Shown here in pieces: positions 8,814 through 18,518 of a DNA stretch of 64,000 nt; the stretch's first letter is position 1; the number at the start of each line of letters is the position of its first letter. Position numbers and translations under genes: made by a program. A model generated the notes under the pieces. That model did no database searches. It was not told the DNA's origin and was given only the letters and a program-made list of their open reading frames with translations. The DNA comes from Polyangia bacterium (lineage in GTDB: Bacteria; Myxococcota_A; Polyangia; Nannocystales; Nannocystaceae): positions 65,130-129,129 of the forward strand of contig JAUHWG010000011.1 of the NCBI GenBank assembly GCA_030424595.1, read 5' to 3'.

Positions 8814-9899
8814 ATGGAGAGCTCTGAGGTCAGGTCGACCCTGGAGGAGCTGGGCTGGGATCCTGAGTGGGCCGCCGTCGCGACCGCGAGCGGCGGGATC
8901 GGTCGCCCGGCGAGGGTCACCGTCGTCTACCAGGACCGGCTCGCCGTGCTCGACGATCGCGGCGTCCGCTGGGCCGCGCTGCGCGGGCGGCTGCGTCGGC
9001 GGCAGAGCGACGACCCGCTCGCGATCCCGGCCTCCGGCGACTGGGTCGTGACCGCGAAGAACCCCGGCGGCGGGATGGACACGGTCGAGGCCCTGCTCCC
9101 CCGGAGGACCTGTCTTATCAGGCAGGCTGCGGGGCGGCGGACCGTCCCCCAGGTGGTCGCCGCCAACGTCGACACCGTCTTCGTCGTCACGACCCCGAAC
9201 CGCGACTTCAACGTTCGTCGGGTCGAGCGCTACCTCGCGGCGATCGCCGACGGCGGGGGGGCGGCGGCGGTCCTGCTCAACAAGATCGATCTCTGCGATC
9301 CCGAGCCCTGGCTGGCGCAGCTCAGGCCGCTCGGCGACACGACGCCGATCTACGGGCTCTCGGCGACGACCGGGCTCGGGATGGAGCAGCTCCAGCCCCA
9401 CCTCGGCCTCGGCCGTACGGTCGCCTTCGTCGGCTCCTCGGGGGTCGGCAAGTCGTCGCTCATCAACCATCTCCTCGGCAGCGAGCGTCAGGTGGTCGGG
9501 GCGATCCGCGACGAGGACGACAAGGGGCGGCACACCACCACCCACCGTGAGCTCCTGCCGCTCGGCGGCGGCGCAGAGGGGATGCTCATCGACACCCCGG
9601 GAATGCGCGAGCTCCAGCTGTGGAGCGAGGGCTCTTCGGTCCGCGAGACCTTTGACGATGTCGAGGCGATCGCGATCGACTGTCGCTTCCGCGACTGCCG
9701 TCATCGTCGCGAGCCGGGCTGCGCGGTCCGGGTCGCGGTCGCGAAAGGCAGGCTGAAGAAGGTCCGCCTCGCCGCCTTCCACAAGCTCATCGACGACGCG
9801 GCGACCAACCAGGTCCAGCGGGTCGGCTCGGCCCGGATCGCGACCCGTCGGCGCTCGCGCCTCGCTCGGGCGGAGCGCGACGATCCGAGCGGCGCCTAG
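8814..9899 (+). CDS. rsgA: Ribosome small-subunit-dependent GTPase A (circularly permuted GTPase YjeQ/EngC)
   Basis: Permuted G-motifs (LLNKIDL ... GSSGVGKSSLIN ... DTPG) and C-terminal Zn-finger CRFRDCRHRREPGC. Confidence 0.85.
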   Translation: MESSEVRSTLEELGWDPEWAAVATASGGIGRPARVTVVYQDRLAVLDDRGVRWAALRGRLRRRQSDDPLAIPASGDWVVTAKNPGGGMDTVEALLPRRTCLIRQAAGRRTVPQVVAANVDTVFVVTTPNRDFNVRRVERYLAAIADGGGAAAVLLNKIDLCDPEPWLAQLRPLGDTTPIYGLSATTGLGMEQLQPHLGLGRTVAFVGSSGVGKSSLINHLLGSERQVVGAIRDEDDKGRHTTTHRELLPLGGGAEGMLIDTPGMRELQLWSEGSSVRETFDDVEAIAIDCRFRDCRHRREPGCAVRVAVAKGRLKKVRLAAFHKLIDDAATNQVQRVGSARIATRRRSRLARAERDDPSGA

Positions 9900-9913
9900 C
9901 AGGCGGTGGCAAG

Positions 9914-10042
9914 AGTCCCGCCCTCGCCCTCGCCCTCGCCCTCGCCTCTCGGCTCCGCCAAAACGTGCAGTACACCCGGCAAAGCGGCGCTTTGTCGAAG
10001 CCGAGAGGCGAGGGCGAGGGCGGCGCGAGAGCACGCGGGACT
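9914..10042. repeat. Long imperfect inverted repeat (~40-bp arms rich in (gccctc)n / (gagggc)n) flanking a ~45-nt loop that contains a second small palindrome (caaagcggcgctttg)
   Basis: agtcccgccctcgccctcgccctcgccctcgcctctcggct ... agccgagaggcgagggcgagggcggcgcgagagcacgcgggact read directly. Located just 3' of rsgA. Confidence 0.7.
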
Positions 10043-10093
10043 TTGCCAGGGGCTGCTAGCGGCGCACCTCGAGCGTCCGCCGCTCCGTCCTCG

Positions 10094-10162
10094 CGGATCA
10101 TCGGCGGATCATCGGCGGATCATCGGCGGATCATCGGCGGATCATCGGCGGATCATCGGCGG
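10094..10162. repeat. 11-bp tandem repeat (cggatcatcgg) x ~6
   Basis: Direct reading: ggatcatcggcggatcatcggcggatcatcggcgg... Confidence 0.85.
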
Positions 10163-10344
10163 TCCTTCGTCGAGCCCCGAGGAGCTGATCGCGGCGCCAG
10201 ATCGTGCCTCGGCAGGGGGACCTCTGCGAATGTCTCCAGAGGAGCCGCGGAGCTGCGGGCGAATACGGCCGAACCCGCGCGGGGTCCCGGCGCTGCTGCG
10301 AAAAGTGGCGCTCTCGGGGGCGGGGATGCGCTAGCTTTGGCAGC

Positions 10345-12069
10345 ATGCGTTCCCTTAGTTTTGGCTGTCCTGGTGTCCTCTTGGCGATGATCGGCTTGAG
10401 CGGTCTGAGCGGCCTGAGCTTGGGCGCCTGCGCCCTCGGTGGCGAAGACTCAGCCCCCACGTCGCTCTCCGCCGGCAACCAGAGCGCGAGCGCGACGGAG
10501 GGCACCGGCGGGACCGAGAGCGAGAGCGCGGGGGGGAGCACCGTCAGCACGAGCGGTCCGAGCGGCGGCAGCGAGAGCGAGACCGGTGACACGGTCGCGC
10601 CCCCCGGCTGCGGCGACGGCGTGGTCGAGGGGGACGAGGCCTGCGACGACGGGCCGAACAACGGCGCCGGCTACGGCTGGTGCGACGGCGTCTGCGGGGG
10701 CATCCGCTCGACCTCAGCGAACGCGATCTACGTCGCGACCGCGGGCAATGACAGCAACCCCGGCACCCGCGACGAGCCGATGCTGACCGTCAGCGCCGCG
10801 ATCATCAAGGCGGACGCGGTCGACGCGGACGTCTATGTCGCCAAGGGCTCCTACGACGAGCCGACGACGATCGATCTGGTCGACGGGGTCTCGGTCTTCG
10901 GCGGCTTCGACGAGACCGACGACTGGTCGCGCTCCGCCGACAACCTGACGCGGATCGAGGTGGCCGAGGCGACAGCGGTCAGCGCCCTCAACCTCGCCGG
11001 GACGACAGCGCTGACAGTGCTGACGATCGCCAGCGGTGACGGCGGGGCCGGTGAGTCCTCGATCGGCGTGTTCGGCAGCGAGAGCGACGGTCTGGTGATC
11101 GAGGCCTGCATCATCGAGGCCGGCCGCGGCGGTGACGGGGCGCCGGGCCAGGACGCCGCGGGGGCCGCGGAGAACGGCGGCGTCGGCCAGCCCGGACAAC
11201 CTGGCTGTGAAGACAGCTCAGGTCTCTGCTCGAGCTGCTCCAAGCCCCTCGGAGGGGCGGGCGGTGCGTCGAGCTGCGGGGCGCCGGGAGGGGTCGGCGG
11301 GGCTCCGGGCAACGGGCCCCAAAGCGGCAGCCCAGGCGGTCAGGGAGGTGGCGGGACTCCGGGCGGGATCGGGACCGCCTCGGCGAAGGGCGACTGGAAC
11401 CCGACCTCCGATCACTGGGGCAAGGACGGTGCGAACGGCGGGGCCGGCAGCGACGGCGGGGCTGGGGCCGCGTCCTACGCCTCGTCGGGGTATCTCGCGA
11501 CCGACGGCCAGGCCGGCGGCGACGGAGAGAACGCCAAGGGAGGCGGCGGCGGAGGGGGCGGAGGGGGCGGCGAGACCCTCTGCGACTCCTTCGGCGGAGG
11601 CGGAGGGGGCGGAGGCGGAGGGGGCTGTGGAGGCCTCGGCGGAGGCGGAGGAGGCAGCGGCGGCGGCTCCTTCGCCGTCCTCCTGTGGGGGTCCGACGCG
11701 ATCATCGAGGACTCCGAGATGTCCACCGCCGGCGGGGGCAAGGGCGGCGACGGGGGCAGCGGTCAGTCCGGGGGGAGCGGAGGCGACCCTGGGGTCGGCT
11801 CGAAGAGCGGCGCCGGCAACAATTACGGCGGCAGCGACGAGCAGGACGACGGATCCAACGGCGGTCGTGGCGGTCGTGGAGGCGACGGCGGTCGCGGAGG
11901 CGACGGCGGAGGAGGTGCCGGGGGACCCTCCGTCGGGGTTCTCTCGGCCGGGGGCTCGGCGGCGACCCTCGTCGGGCTCACCTACGCGATCGGACCGGCG
12001 GGGAAGGGCGGCGCGTCGGGGGGGGCCGCGGGCCCGAACGGCGCAGAGGCCGAGACGCTGAGCCCCTGA
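10345..12069 (+). CDS. Secreted lipoprotein with Myxococcales Cys-rich repeat, predicted right-handed beta-helix region and long Gly-rich C-terminal half
   Basis: Signal peptide plus lipobox (LSLGAC) at internal ATG 10345. CGDGVVEGDEACDDGPNNGAGYGWCDGVC matches the myxobacterial C-x-DG-x-x-E-x-CDDGN repeat. IYVATAGNDSNPGTRDEPMLTVSAA is typical of DUF1565-like beta-helix N-caps. Poly-Gly tracts follow. Confidence 0.6.
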   Translation: MRSLSFGCPGVLLAMIGLSGLSGLSLGACALGGEDSAPTSLSAGNQSASATEGTGGTESESAGGSTVSTSGPSGGSESETGDTVAPPGCGDGVVEGDEACDDGPNNGAGYGWCDGVCGGIRSTSANAIYVATAGNDSNPGTRDEPMLTVSAAIIKADAVDADVYVAKGSYDEPTTIDLVDGVSVFGGFDETDDWSRSADNLTRIEVAEATAVSALNLAGTTALTVLTIASGDGGAGESSIGVFGSESDGLVIEACIIEAGRGGDGAPGQDAAGAAENGGVGQPGQPGCEDSSGLCSSCSKPLGGAGGASSCGAPGGVGGAPGNGPQSGSPGGQGGGGTPGGIGTASAKGDWNPTSDHWGKDGANGGAGSDGGAGAASYASSGYLATDGQAGGDGENAKGGGGGGGGGGGETLCDSFGGGGGGGGGGGCGGLGGGGGGSGGGSFAVLLWGSDAIIEDSEMSTAGGGKGGDGGSGQSGGSGGDPGVGSKSGAGNNYGGSDEQDDGSNGGRGGRGGDGGRGGDGGGGAGGPSVGVLSAGGSAATLVGLTYAIGPAGKGGASGGAAGPNGAEAETLSP

Positions 12070-12104
12070 GCCCCTGAGGGAACCAAAGGGATCACCGCGC
12101 GGAA

Positions 12105-13946
12105 GTGCGCTCCGTGGGTGTCCTCTGCGGCCGTCGGCGGAGGGCCGCCTCGGCTCTACGCTCGGCCCTCCCGCGCACTCCAGAGGTGTTACTCTCGGCG
12201 GCGTTGGAGCGACGGAATCGAGCGTTGGCGGCCACAAGCAATAGCTTCCTCCAGATTCGCCGGGGCGATCAGCTCCTCCGGGTTGTCCCCCTCATCGGCA
12301 ACCGGATGGTCGCGGGTCGATCGCCCGAGGTCGAGCTGGTGCTCCAGAGCGACACCGTCTCTCGCCAACACCTCGAGCTCGTCCGCGACGAGAACGGCCG
12401 TTGGTGGGTCCGCGACCTCGCGAGTCGCAACGGAACAGCGGTCAACGGGCAGCAGATCACCGCCCACCTCCTGACCTACAGCGACGTCATCCAGATCGAG
12501 GACTACACCCTCGTCTTCGTCCGGAGCCCGAACGACGATCCGAAGGCCCGTCCTGAGCCGCGGCATGTCGCGACCCCGTCGATCCAGCTGACGATGGTCG
12601 ACAGCCCGGTCGGCCCGGTCCGCTCGCTCCGCGATCTCGGCGCGCCGAAGATCGACGCCTCGCACCTCTCTCGTCTGGTCTCCCTCAGCGCCGAGCTCCT
12701 CGCGACGGAGGAGTCCGGCGATCGCTTGGGCACCCTGTGCAGCCTGATGATCAGCCGCGACATGCGGGGGACAGCGGCGCTCGGCCTCCGGGTCGCGGTC
12801 CGCGGTGACGACGAGCCCGTGCTCCTGCGGCCGCCCTCGGTCGCCTCCGGGGGGGTCCCGCACATCTCGAGGACCGTGCTCCGGGCGGTGATCGCCCAGG
12901 GCACGCCCGTGCTCGCGTCGACGGCGGCCTCGGGCAACAAGGATCTGCTCAAGCTCTCGATCGTCGTCCAGGCGATGTCGGCGGTCGCGGTGCCGATCGG
13001 CGGCGACGGTGACCACCTCGACATCCTCTACGTCACCTTCCCGAGCAACTACGCGACCGCCGAGTGGCTCGCGCTGGCCTCCCTCGCGGGCGAGCTCTAT
13101 CGCCAGGCGGACGCGGCCTGGGTCGCACGGCAGGCCGCCCAAGACCAGGCGGTGCTGGAGGAGGAGCTCGAGCGCGCCCATGACATCCAGACCCGCCTGG
13201 TCCCCGACGACTTCCGGGTCGGCATGCTCGACATCGGCTTTGGTTTCGAGGCCTGCAAGTGGGTCGGCGGCGACTATGTCGACGCCCTGCCGCTGCACGA
13301 CGGGCGGGTCCTGATCACGGTGATGGACGTCTGCGGCAAGGGTCTGGAGGCCGCGCTCGTCGCCGCGGGGTTGCACACGACCGTCCACGTGCTCGTCCAC
13401 GAGGGCCTCGGCCTCGCGCCGCTGGTCGCGAGCCTCAACCGCTACCTCTGCGAGACCCTGCCTCCGGCCTCGTTTGTGACGATGTGCGCCCTCGTGCTCG
13501 ACCCTGAGACCGGGGCGATCGAGCACGTGAATTGCGGCCATCCGCCGCCGCTCGTCGCCGGTCGGAGCGGGACCGTCCGCGAGATCTCGATCCACGAGCA
13601 CGCCCCGCTCGGCTTCGTCGACGTCGACGAGGAGATCATCGTCACCCGCGACAACCTGCCGATGGATCACGCGCTGGTGCTCTACACCGACGGCCTCTCG
13701 GAGCTCGTCGACGAGAACGATGAGATGCTCTGCGTCGAGGGGTTGAGCACGCTCATCGGTGAGGTCGGCGCCGCGTCGCGCAACGCCTCGGCGACCGCCC
13801 TCGCCAGCTCCCTCCGCGGCGCGCTCGCGGCCTATCAGGGCACCGCGGTCGCGGCCGATGACCTCTCGTTTATCCTGGTCCTCCGGACCGCCTCGAGCGC
13901 GATGCGAACCGGCCCCCTGCGGGCCGCATCCGCGCTCACCTCCTAG
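12105..13946 (+). CDS. FHA domain / sensory (GAF-like) domain / PP2C-type (SpoIIE/RsbU-like) Ser/Thr phosphatase
   Basis: FHA core (GRSPEVELVLQSDTVSRQHLELVRDENGRWWVRDLASRNGTAVNG). C-terminal PP2C motifs (GGDYVDAL, VMDVCGKGLEAAL, YTDGLSE). The GTG start at 12105 is taken from the ORF track; the exact start is uncertain. Confidence 0.75.
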   Translation: MRSVGVLCGRRRRAASALRSALPRTPEVLLSAALERRNRALAATSNSFLQIRRGDQLLRVVPLIGNRMVAGRSPEVELVLQSDTVSRQHLELVRDENGRWWVRDLASRNGTAVNGQQITAHLLTYSDVIQIEDYTLVFVRSPNDDPKARPEPRHVATPSIQLTMVDSPVGPVRSLRDLGAPKIDASHLSRLVSLSAELLATEESGDRLGTLCSLMISRDMRGTAALGLRVAVRGDDEPVLLRPPSVASGGVPHISRTVLRAVIAQGTPVLASTAASGNKDLLKLSIVVQAMSAVAVPIGGDGDHLDILYVTFPSNYATAEWLALASLAGELYRQADAAWVARQAAQDQAVLEEELERAHDIQTRLVPDDFRVGMLDIGFGFEACKWVGGDYVDALPLHDGRVLITVMDVCGKGLEAALVAAGLHTTVHVLVHEGLGLAPLVASLNRYLCETLPPASFVTMCALVLDPETGAIEHVNCGHPPPLVAGRSGTVREISIHEHAPLGFVDVDEEIIVTRDNLPMDHALVLYTDGLSELVDENDEMLCVEGLSTLIGEVGAASRNASATALASSLRGALAAYQGTAVAADDLSFILVLRTASSAMRTGPLRAASALTS

Positions 13947-13975
13947 GGCCTGAGCCCAACGCCAAGGACTAGTCG

Positions 13976-14320
13976 ATGATCGTCGAAGACAAGGAATACA
14001 GCGTTGCCTTTGAGCAGACGGAGCAGCGTGTCCGCTTCGAGGGGCAGCTCCGGCTGCGATCGCCGCGGGACTACGGCCCGATCCTGGATCTCCTTCGCAC
14101 CGCCCACCAGTCGGGCATCGACACCCTCGTGCTCGACTTCCGCAACCTCGACATGCTCAACTCGTCGGGGATCGGGACGATGGGCGCATTCTTGGTCGAG
14201 GTCCGCAAGGCGAAGAACATGTCGATCAAGGTGCTCGGCAGCGCCGCCAAGCGCTGGCAGGGTCGGACCCTGTCGACGCTGAAGAAGATCTGGCCGCAGG
14301 TCGAGCTGATCATCGACTGA
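13976..14320 (+). CDS. STAS-domain protein (anti-sigma-factor antagonist-like)
   Basis: 114 aa. LVLDFRNLDMLNSSGIGTMGAF resembles the SpoIIAA/RsbV phospho-serine loop (DSSGLG). RBS aagga precedes the ATG. Lies 30 nt after the PP2C gene. Confidence 0.7.
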   Translation: MIVEDKEYSVAFEQTEQRVRFEGQLRLRSPRDYGPILDLLRTAHQSGIDTLVLDFRNLDMLNSSGIGTMGAFLVEVRKAKNMSIKVLGSAAKRWQGRTLSTLKKIWPQVELIID

Positions 14321-14546
14321 TCGACGATCGCCCCTCTCCGGCCGAGGGGCGCGCTCCGGACTCAAGGGGGGTCGACACCCTGGCTCGTCCGATGGACCGG
14401 CGATGACGCGAGCCCACGTGGACCTGAGAAGGTGGCTCGGCCGGTGAGCCAGCGCCCGCCGGCGAGGGGCGAGTCCTCGTCGACAGCCCCTCTGGGCGGG
14501 CTTGTGAGGCCGTCCCAGGCCGGCGCCGATCTCAGGGGGATGCGGG

Positions 14547-17500
14547 TCAGGCGACGGCGAGGCCGATGCTGCGGCGAGCCTCGAAGTAGGCCTCGCTGAC
14601 GCTGTAGATGATCAGCTCGGTGAGCGCGTCCTTGCCGGTGATGTTGACCGCGCTCGATCGCTGCTCGCTGCGGATCGCCTTGGCGGCCGCGTCGAGGTCG
14701 TTGCAGAGGAGCAGGCCGAGGCGGTATCCGGCGATCGCCGAGGCCCTCGCCCAGCGCTTGACGTCGGTCTGACCGAGGAGCTTCGCCTGCTCCTTGACCT
14801 TCGCCTGGGTGGTCGGCTGCATCCGCTTCGCGAGCTCGGTCGCGACGACGCCGACCCCCTGGGCGCTGTCGGCCCCCGGCTCGCCGAGGAGCGAGCAGGC
14901 GACCAGGAGCTGCTTGAGGTTCTGCGGCGAGAGCTCGAGGAGGAAGAAGGCGTGGTGCGGCGGATAGAGGTCGAGGAGCGAGCGGGCCATCTCGAAGACG
15001 ACCTCACCGTCGCTGCGATCGTTGCGGAGGATCCCGCCGCGGGCGACGACGACCCGCGAGAGATCGTCGCCGCGCTTGCGGACGCTGTGCAGCGAGAGCT
15101 CCCCGTTCTCGGCGTTGAGACAGTGGAGCTCAGGCTCGGGGACGCCGATCGTCCGGGCGATGTAGCTGAGCGCCTGGGCGACGAGCGTGACGCTCTCGCC
15201 GGTGTCGACGGGCTCACTGCCGCGGAGGAAGGGCGGCAGGGGCTTCGAGCGCCAGGCCGCGAGCGCCGGCATCACCAGGCCGAGGATGGTCGAGACCGTC
15301 GGATCCTGATCGCCGGGGAGAACGGTCCGCCGCAGGGTGTCTTCGCTGAGGCGCAGGCGGGCCTGGCGGAAGACCGAGGGCGGGCCGCTGCGGTAGAAGG
15401 TCGTCTCCTCCTCGGTCGCCTGTTTGAGGAAGAGCAGGGTCCTGGCCAGGCAGTAGGCCTTGTCCACCTCGTTTTGCTGGCGGTAGATGTTGTAGAGCTG
15501 GTGATAGCTGTTGTAGTGCGCGGGGTTGAGGCGGATGAGCGTGCTGTGGCAGCGGATGAGCGCGTCGGTGTACTGCGCTGGGTCCTGCTGGGTGAGCACG
15601 CCGTAGAGCTCGGTCAGCATCACCTGCCGTTGGAAGTTGCTGGGATCGAGGCTGAGCGCGACCTCCAGGGCCTTCGCGGCCGAGCTGAAGTTGCCGACCC
15701 GCGAGCGGTAGATCTCGGCGAGGTTGTGCCACAGCAGCTGCTTGAGCGGTGAGGTGTCCTCCGCCGGCAGGCGCTTGATCATCTTCCGGTAGGCACGCTC
15801 GAGCGCCTTCCAGTCCTTGCGCTTGGTCAGCAGGGTGTCGATCGCCTGGAACGCCTTGAGGAAGCTGGGGTCGTCGTCGAGGACGAGGTCGAAGCGCTCG
15901 AGCGCGGCGTCGACGTCCTTGTTCTGATCGCGCTCGATCGCCGCCGAGGTGTAGAGGTACTTCGCCCTGCGGCTGGGGTCGTCTTCGCCGACGATGAGCT
16001 GATCGAGGATCGGCAGGACGTCGCTCCAGCGCTTGGCCTCGGTGTGGAGGTCGAGGATCGTGTGGAGGACGGTCTTGTCCGTCGGCCTCAGCTCATGCGC
16101 CCGCTGGAAGGCCGAGGCGGCTCGCTGGGGATCCTTGAGCCGGTCGCGGAAGAGCTTGCCTATCTCGCCGAACGCCTCGGCCTTGGCGGCGTCATCCTTG
16201 AGCGTCGGCAGGCGGGTCTGGTGGGCCTTCAGGAGCCCGGCCCAGTCGCGGTTGTCGGTGTAGATCTCGATCAGGCTCTCGTGGGCGAGCTGCGAGGTCG
16301 GCGTGCAGCTCAGGGCCTTCTTGTACTGCTCGATCGCCAGGTCGCTCCGGCCCTGGGCTACCGCGATCTCTCCGAGCTTGATGTGGACAGCCGCCTTGGC
16401 GTCGCCTTCACGGCGGCCGAGGAGCTGCTCGTAGGCCATCCGCGCCTCGTCCCAGGACTTGCGGATCATCGCGATCTCGGCGCAGCCGACCAGGGCGTGG
16501 CTGCTCTCGGGATCGATCGTCAGCGCGCGCTTGAAGAGCTTGTGCGCCTTGGTCGTGCTGCCGACCGCGCGCGCGACCTGGGCGGCGCGGACCAGCACGC
16601 CGACCTTGCTGGTGTCGCGCAGCCCGAGGTTGTCGAGCTTGCGGACGAGGGCGTCGAAGATCGGCGCGGCGGCGACGTAGTTCTTCTGCTCGTAGTAGAT
16701 CTTGCCGAGGATCGGCCCGACCTTGGCGTTCTCCGGGTCGAGCTCGACGACCTTGGAGAACATCTGCATCGCCCGGTCCTTGACCTGGAGCTTGTCGAGC
16801 CAGACGAACCCGGCCTCGGCAGCCCGCTCGATCTTCTCGTAGCTGCTGGTCGTGTTCTCGACGATCGACTCGAGCACCTCGACGAGCTCGATCCACTCGT
16901 GGCGCGCCCGGAAGAGCTCCGCGAGGAGCTTCAGCGCGGGCAGGTGGGTCGGGACGAGCTCCGTCGCCTGATAGAGCCGGACGATCGCGGCCTCGGTCTC
17001 GGAGAGCTTGTGGTGGAGAAGATCGCCGATATGGGCGAGCTGGTCGGCGCAGCGCGTAGCGTCGGTGCACAGCTCGACGAAGCGCTCGTAGTGGGGGATG
17101 GCCTGCTCGAACTCCTGCTTGCGCTCGAGGGCCTGGGCGAGCCCTAGGTGGGCCTCGAGGGAGTCCTCGTCGGCGACCAGGAGCTCGCGGAAGATCTCCG
17201 CGGCCTTGTCGAAGTTGAGGATGTTCTTGAGGTAGAGCTCCGCGAGGGCGCCCTTGAGCTTGAGCTTGGCGTCGTCATCCGAGGTGAGCTCTGTGCGCCT
17301 GAGGTAGACCGCCTCGAGGTCACGCCAGCGCTGGTTCTCCAGGTGGCGCTGGCCGAGCTGGAAGTAGGCGTAGTCGCGGGCCTGGTTTATCCACTCCGAC
17401 CAGCGCAGGTAGTCGGGGGAGTCCTTGGTCTCGCCGGCCATCGCCGTCAGGGCCCGCTCCATCTTGTCCAGGATCGACAGCTGCTCCTCGGGGCCAGGCG

Positions 17501-18518
17501 CCGCGCCGAGCATCGATTGAAGGCCCTCGATCGAGTAGAAGACCGCAGAGTCGCGGGTCGGTTGGTTGGCGAGCGGACCGCTGAGCCCGGCCGTCGCTCC
17601 CTCGCTCCGGTCGTCCGCCAGCGGTGAGCGTCTTCGCGGCGCCTTGCCGTCGTCGCTGATCTCGCGCAGGGCCTGCTCGAGCGCCGACAGATCGGCGAAG
17701 CGGTCGACCGGATCTTTGGCGAGGCTGCGGAGGATCACAAGCTCGACAGGCGCCGGGATGTCCGCGTCGGGGGCGATGTTTCGCGGCGGAGGCGGCGAGG
17801 CCATCGCGTGCTGCGTGACCACCTGGTGGGGCTCCTGCGCTGTGAAGGGGACAGAGCCGGTGAGGAGACTGTAGAGGAGGATGCCGACCGAGTAGACGTC
17901 GGTGCGAGCGTCCTCCTTGCCGACTTGGGCCTGCTCCGGGGCGGAGTACTCCGCGACCTCGAGGAGCTCCGGTCCGCTGAAGATGTCGATCCGCGACGCG
18001 GGCGTGAGGCCGGGGTTGAGCAGCTTGACGTGGTCGAGATCATCGCCCGCGTCGACCATGAAGACGTTCGCGGGGCGGACCCCGCCGTGGACGAGGCCCT
18101 TGCCGTGGATGACCCGGAGGGCGCCGATGACCTGGAGGATGAGCCCCTTCACCCGCGGCCAGGCGAAGCGCTTGGCGCCGCTGCGGAGCTGGCCCAGGTC
18201 GGCGCCGACGAGGTGTTCGCGGATCAGGTAGACGCCGCCGTCCGCGGTCTTGCCGTAGCTCAAGAGGCGCGCGAGGTTGGCGTGGCGGAGGAGCGAATGG
18301 ATCCGGGCCTCGCGGAGAACCGTCGAGGCAAAGTCACCGCTCGAGGCGAGGCCAGGATCGATGATCGTCGCGACGACCTTCTTGCGCAGCGTGGTCTGCT
18401 CGGCGAGGTAGACCTCGCCCGCATCACCCGGCCCGAGGTGCTCGATGAGCGTGTACTTCTTCGCGACGACGGTGCCGACCTGCGGGGCACCTCCAACAAC
18501 GGACGATGGATCGTTCAT
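14547..18518 (-). CDS. Ser/Thr protein kinase fused to ~1000 aa of TPR repeats
   Basis: Hanks kinase motifs (VAKKYTLIEHLGPGDAGEVYLA; HGGVRPANVFM; catalytic/activation segments) from ATG at 18518. The remainder is tetratricopeptide-like repeats (ALxxYxxAL patterns). Confidence 0.8.
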   Translation of the reverse strand: MNDPSSVVGGAPQVGTVVAKKYTLIEHLGPGDAGEVYLAEQTTLRKKVVATIIDPGLASSGDFASTVLREARIHSLLRHANLARLLSYGKTADGGVYLIREHLVGADLGQLRSGAKRFAWPRVKGLILQVIGALRVIHGKGLVHGGVRPANVFMVDAGDDLDHVKLLNPGLTPASRIDIFSGPELLEVAEYSAPEQAQVGKEDARTDVYSVGILLYSLLTGSVPFTAQEPHQVVTQHAMASPPPPRNIAPDADIPAPVELVILRSLAKDPVDRFADLSALEQALREISDDGKAPRRRSPLADDRSEGATAGLSGPLANQPTRDSAVFYSIEGLQSMLGAAPGPEEQLSILDKMERALTAMAGETKDSPDYLRWSEWINQARDYAYFQLGQRHLENQRWRDLEAVYLRRTELTSDDDAKLKLKGALAELYLKNILNFDKAAEIFRELLVADEDSLEAHLGLAQALERKQEFEQAIPHYERFVELCTDATRCADQLAHIGDLLHHKLSETEAAIVRLYQATELVPTHLPALKLLAELFRARHEWIELVEVLESIVENTTSSYEKIERAAEAGFVWLDKLQVKDRAMQMFSKVVELDPENAKVGPILGKIYYEQKNYVAAAPIFDALVRKLDNLGLRDTSKVGVLVRAAQVARAVGSTTKAHKLFKRALTIDPESSHALVGCAEIAMIRKSWDEARMAYEQLLGRREGDAKAAVHIKLGEIAVAQGRSDLAIEQYKKALSCTPTSQLAHESLIEIYTDNRDWAGLLKAHQTRLPTLKDDAAKAEAFGEIGKLFRDRLKDPQRAASAFQRAHELRPTDKTVLHTILDLHTEAKRWSDVLPILDQLIVGEDDPSRRAKYLYTSAAIERDQNKDVDAALERFDLVLDDDPSFLKAFQAIDTLLTKRKDWKALERAYRKMIKRLPAEDTSPLKQLLWHNLAEIYRSRVGNFSSAAKALEVALSLDPSNFQRQVMLTELYGVLTQQDPAQYTDALIRCHSTLIRLNPAHYNSYHQLYNIYRQQNEVDKAYCLARTLLFLKQATEEETTFYRSGPPSVFRQARLRLSEDTLRRTVLPGDQDPTVSTILGLVMPALAAWRSKPLPPFLRGSEPVDTGESVTLVAQALSYIARTIGVPEPELHCLNAENGELSLHSVRKRGDDLSRVVVARGGILRNDRSDGEVVFEMARSLLDLYPPHHAFFLLELSPQNLKQLLVACSLLGEPGADSAQGVGVVATELAKRMQPTTQAKVKEQAKLLGQTDVKRWARASAIAGYRLGLLLCNDLDAAAKAIRSEQRSSAVNITGKDALTELIIYSVSEAYFEARRSIGLAVA

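Noticed and set aside
5291-10034. Two very long minus-strand ORFs (894 aa and 860 aa) covering the glycosyltransferase/epimerase/rsgA region
   Set aside because: They are antisense shadows of well-supported plus-strand genes (GTDC1-like GT, SDRs, rsgA). Their translations are R/G/A/D-rich with no domain signatures.
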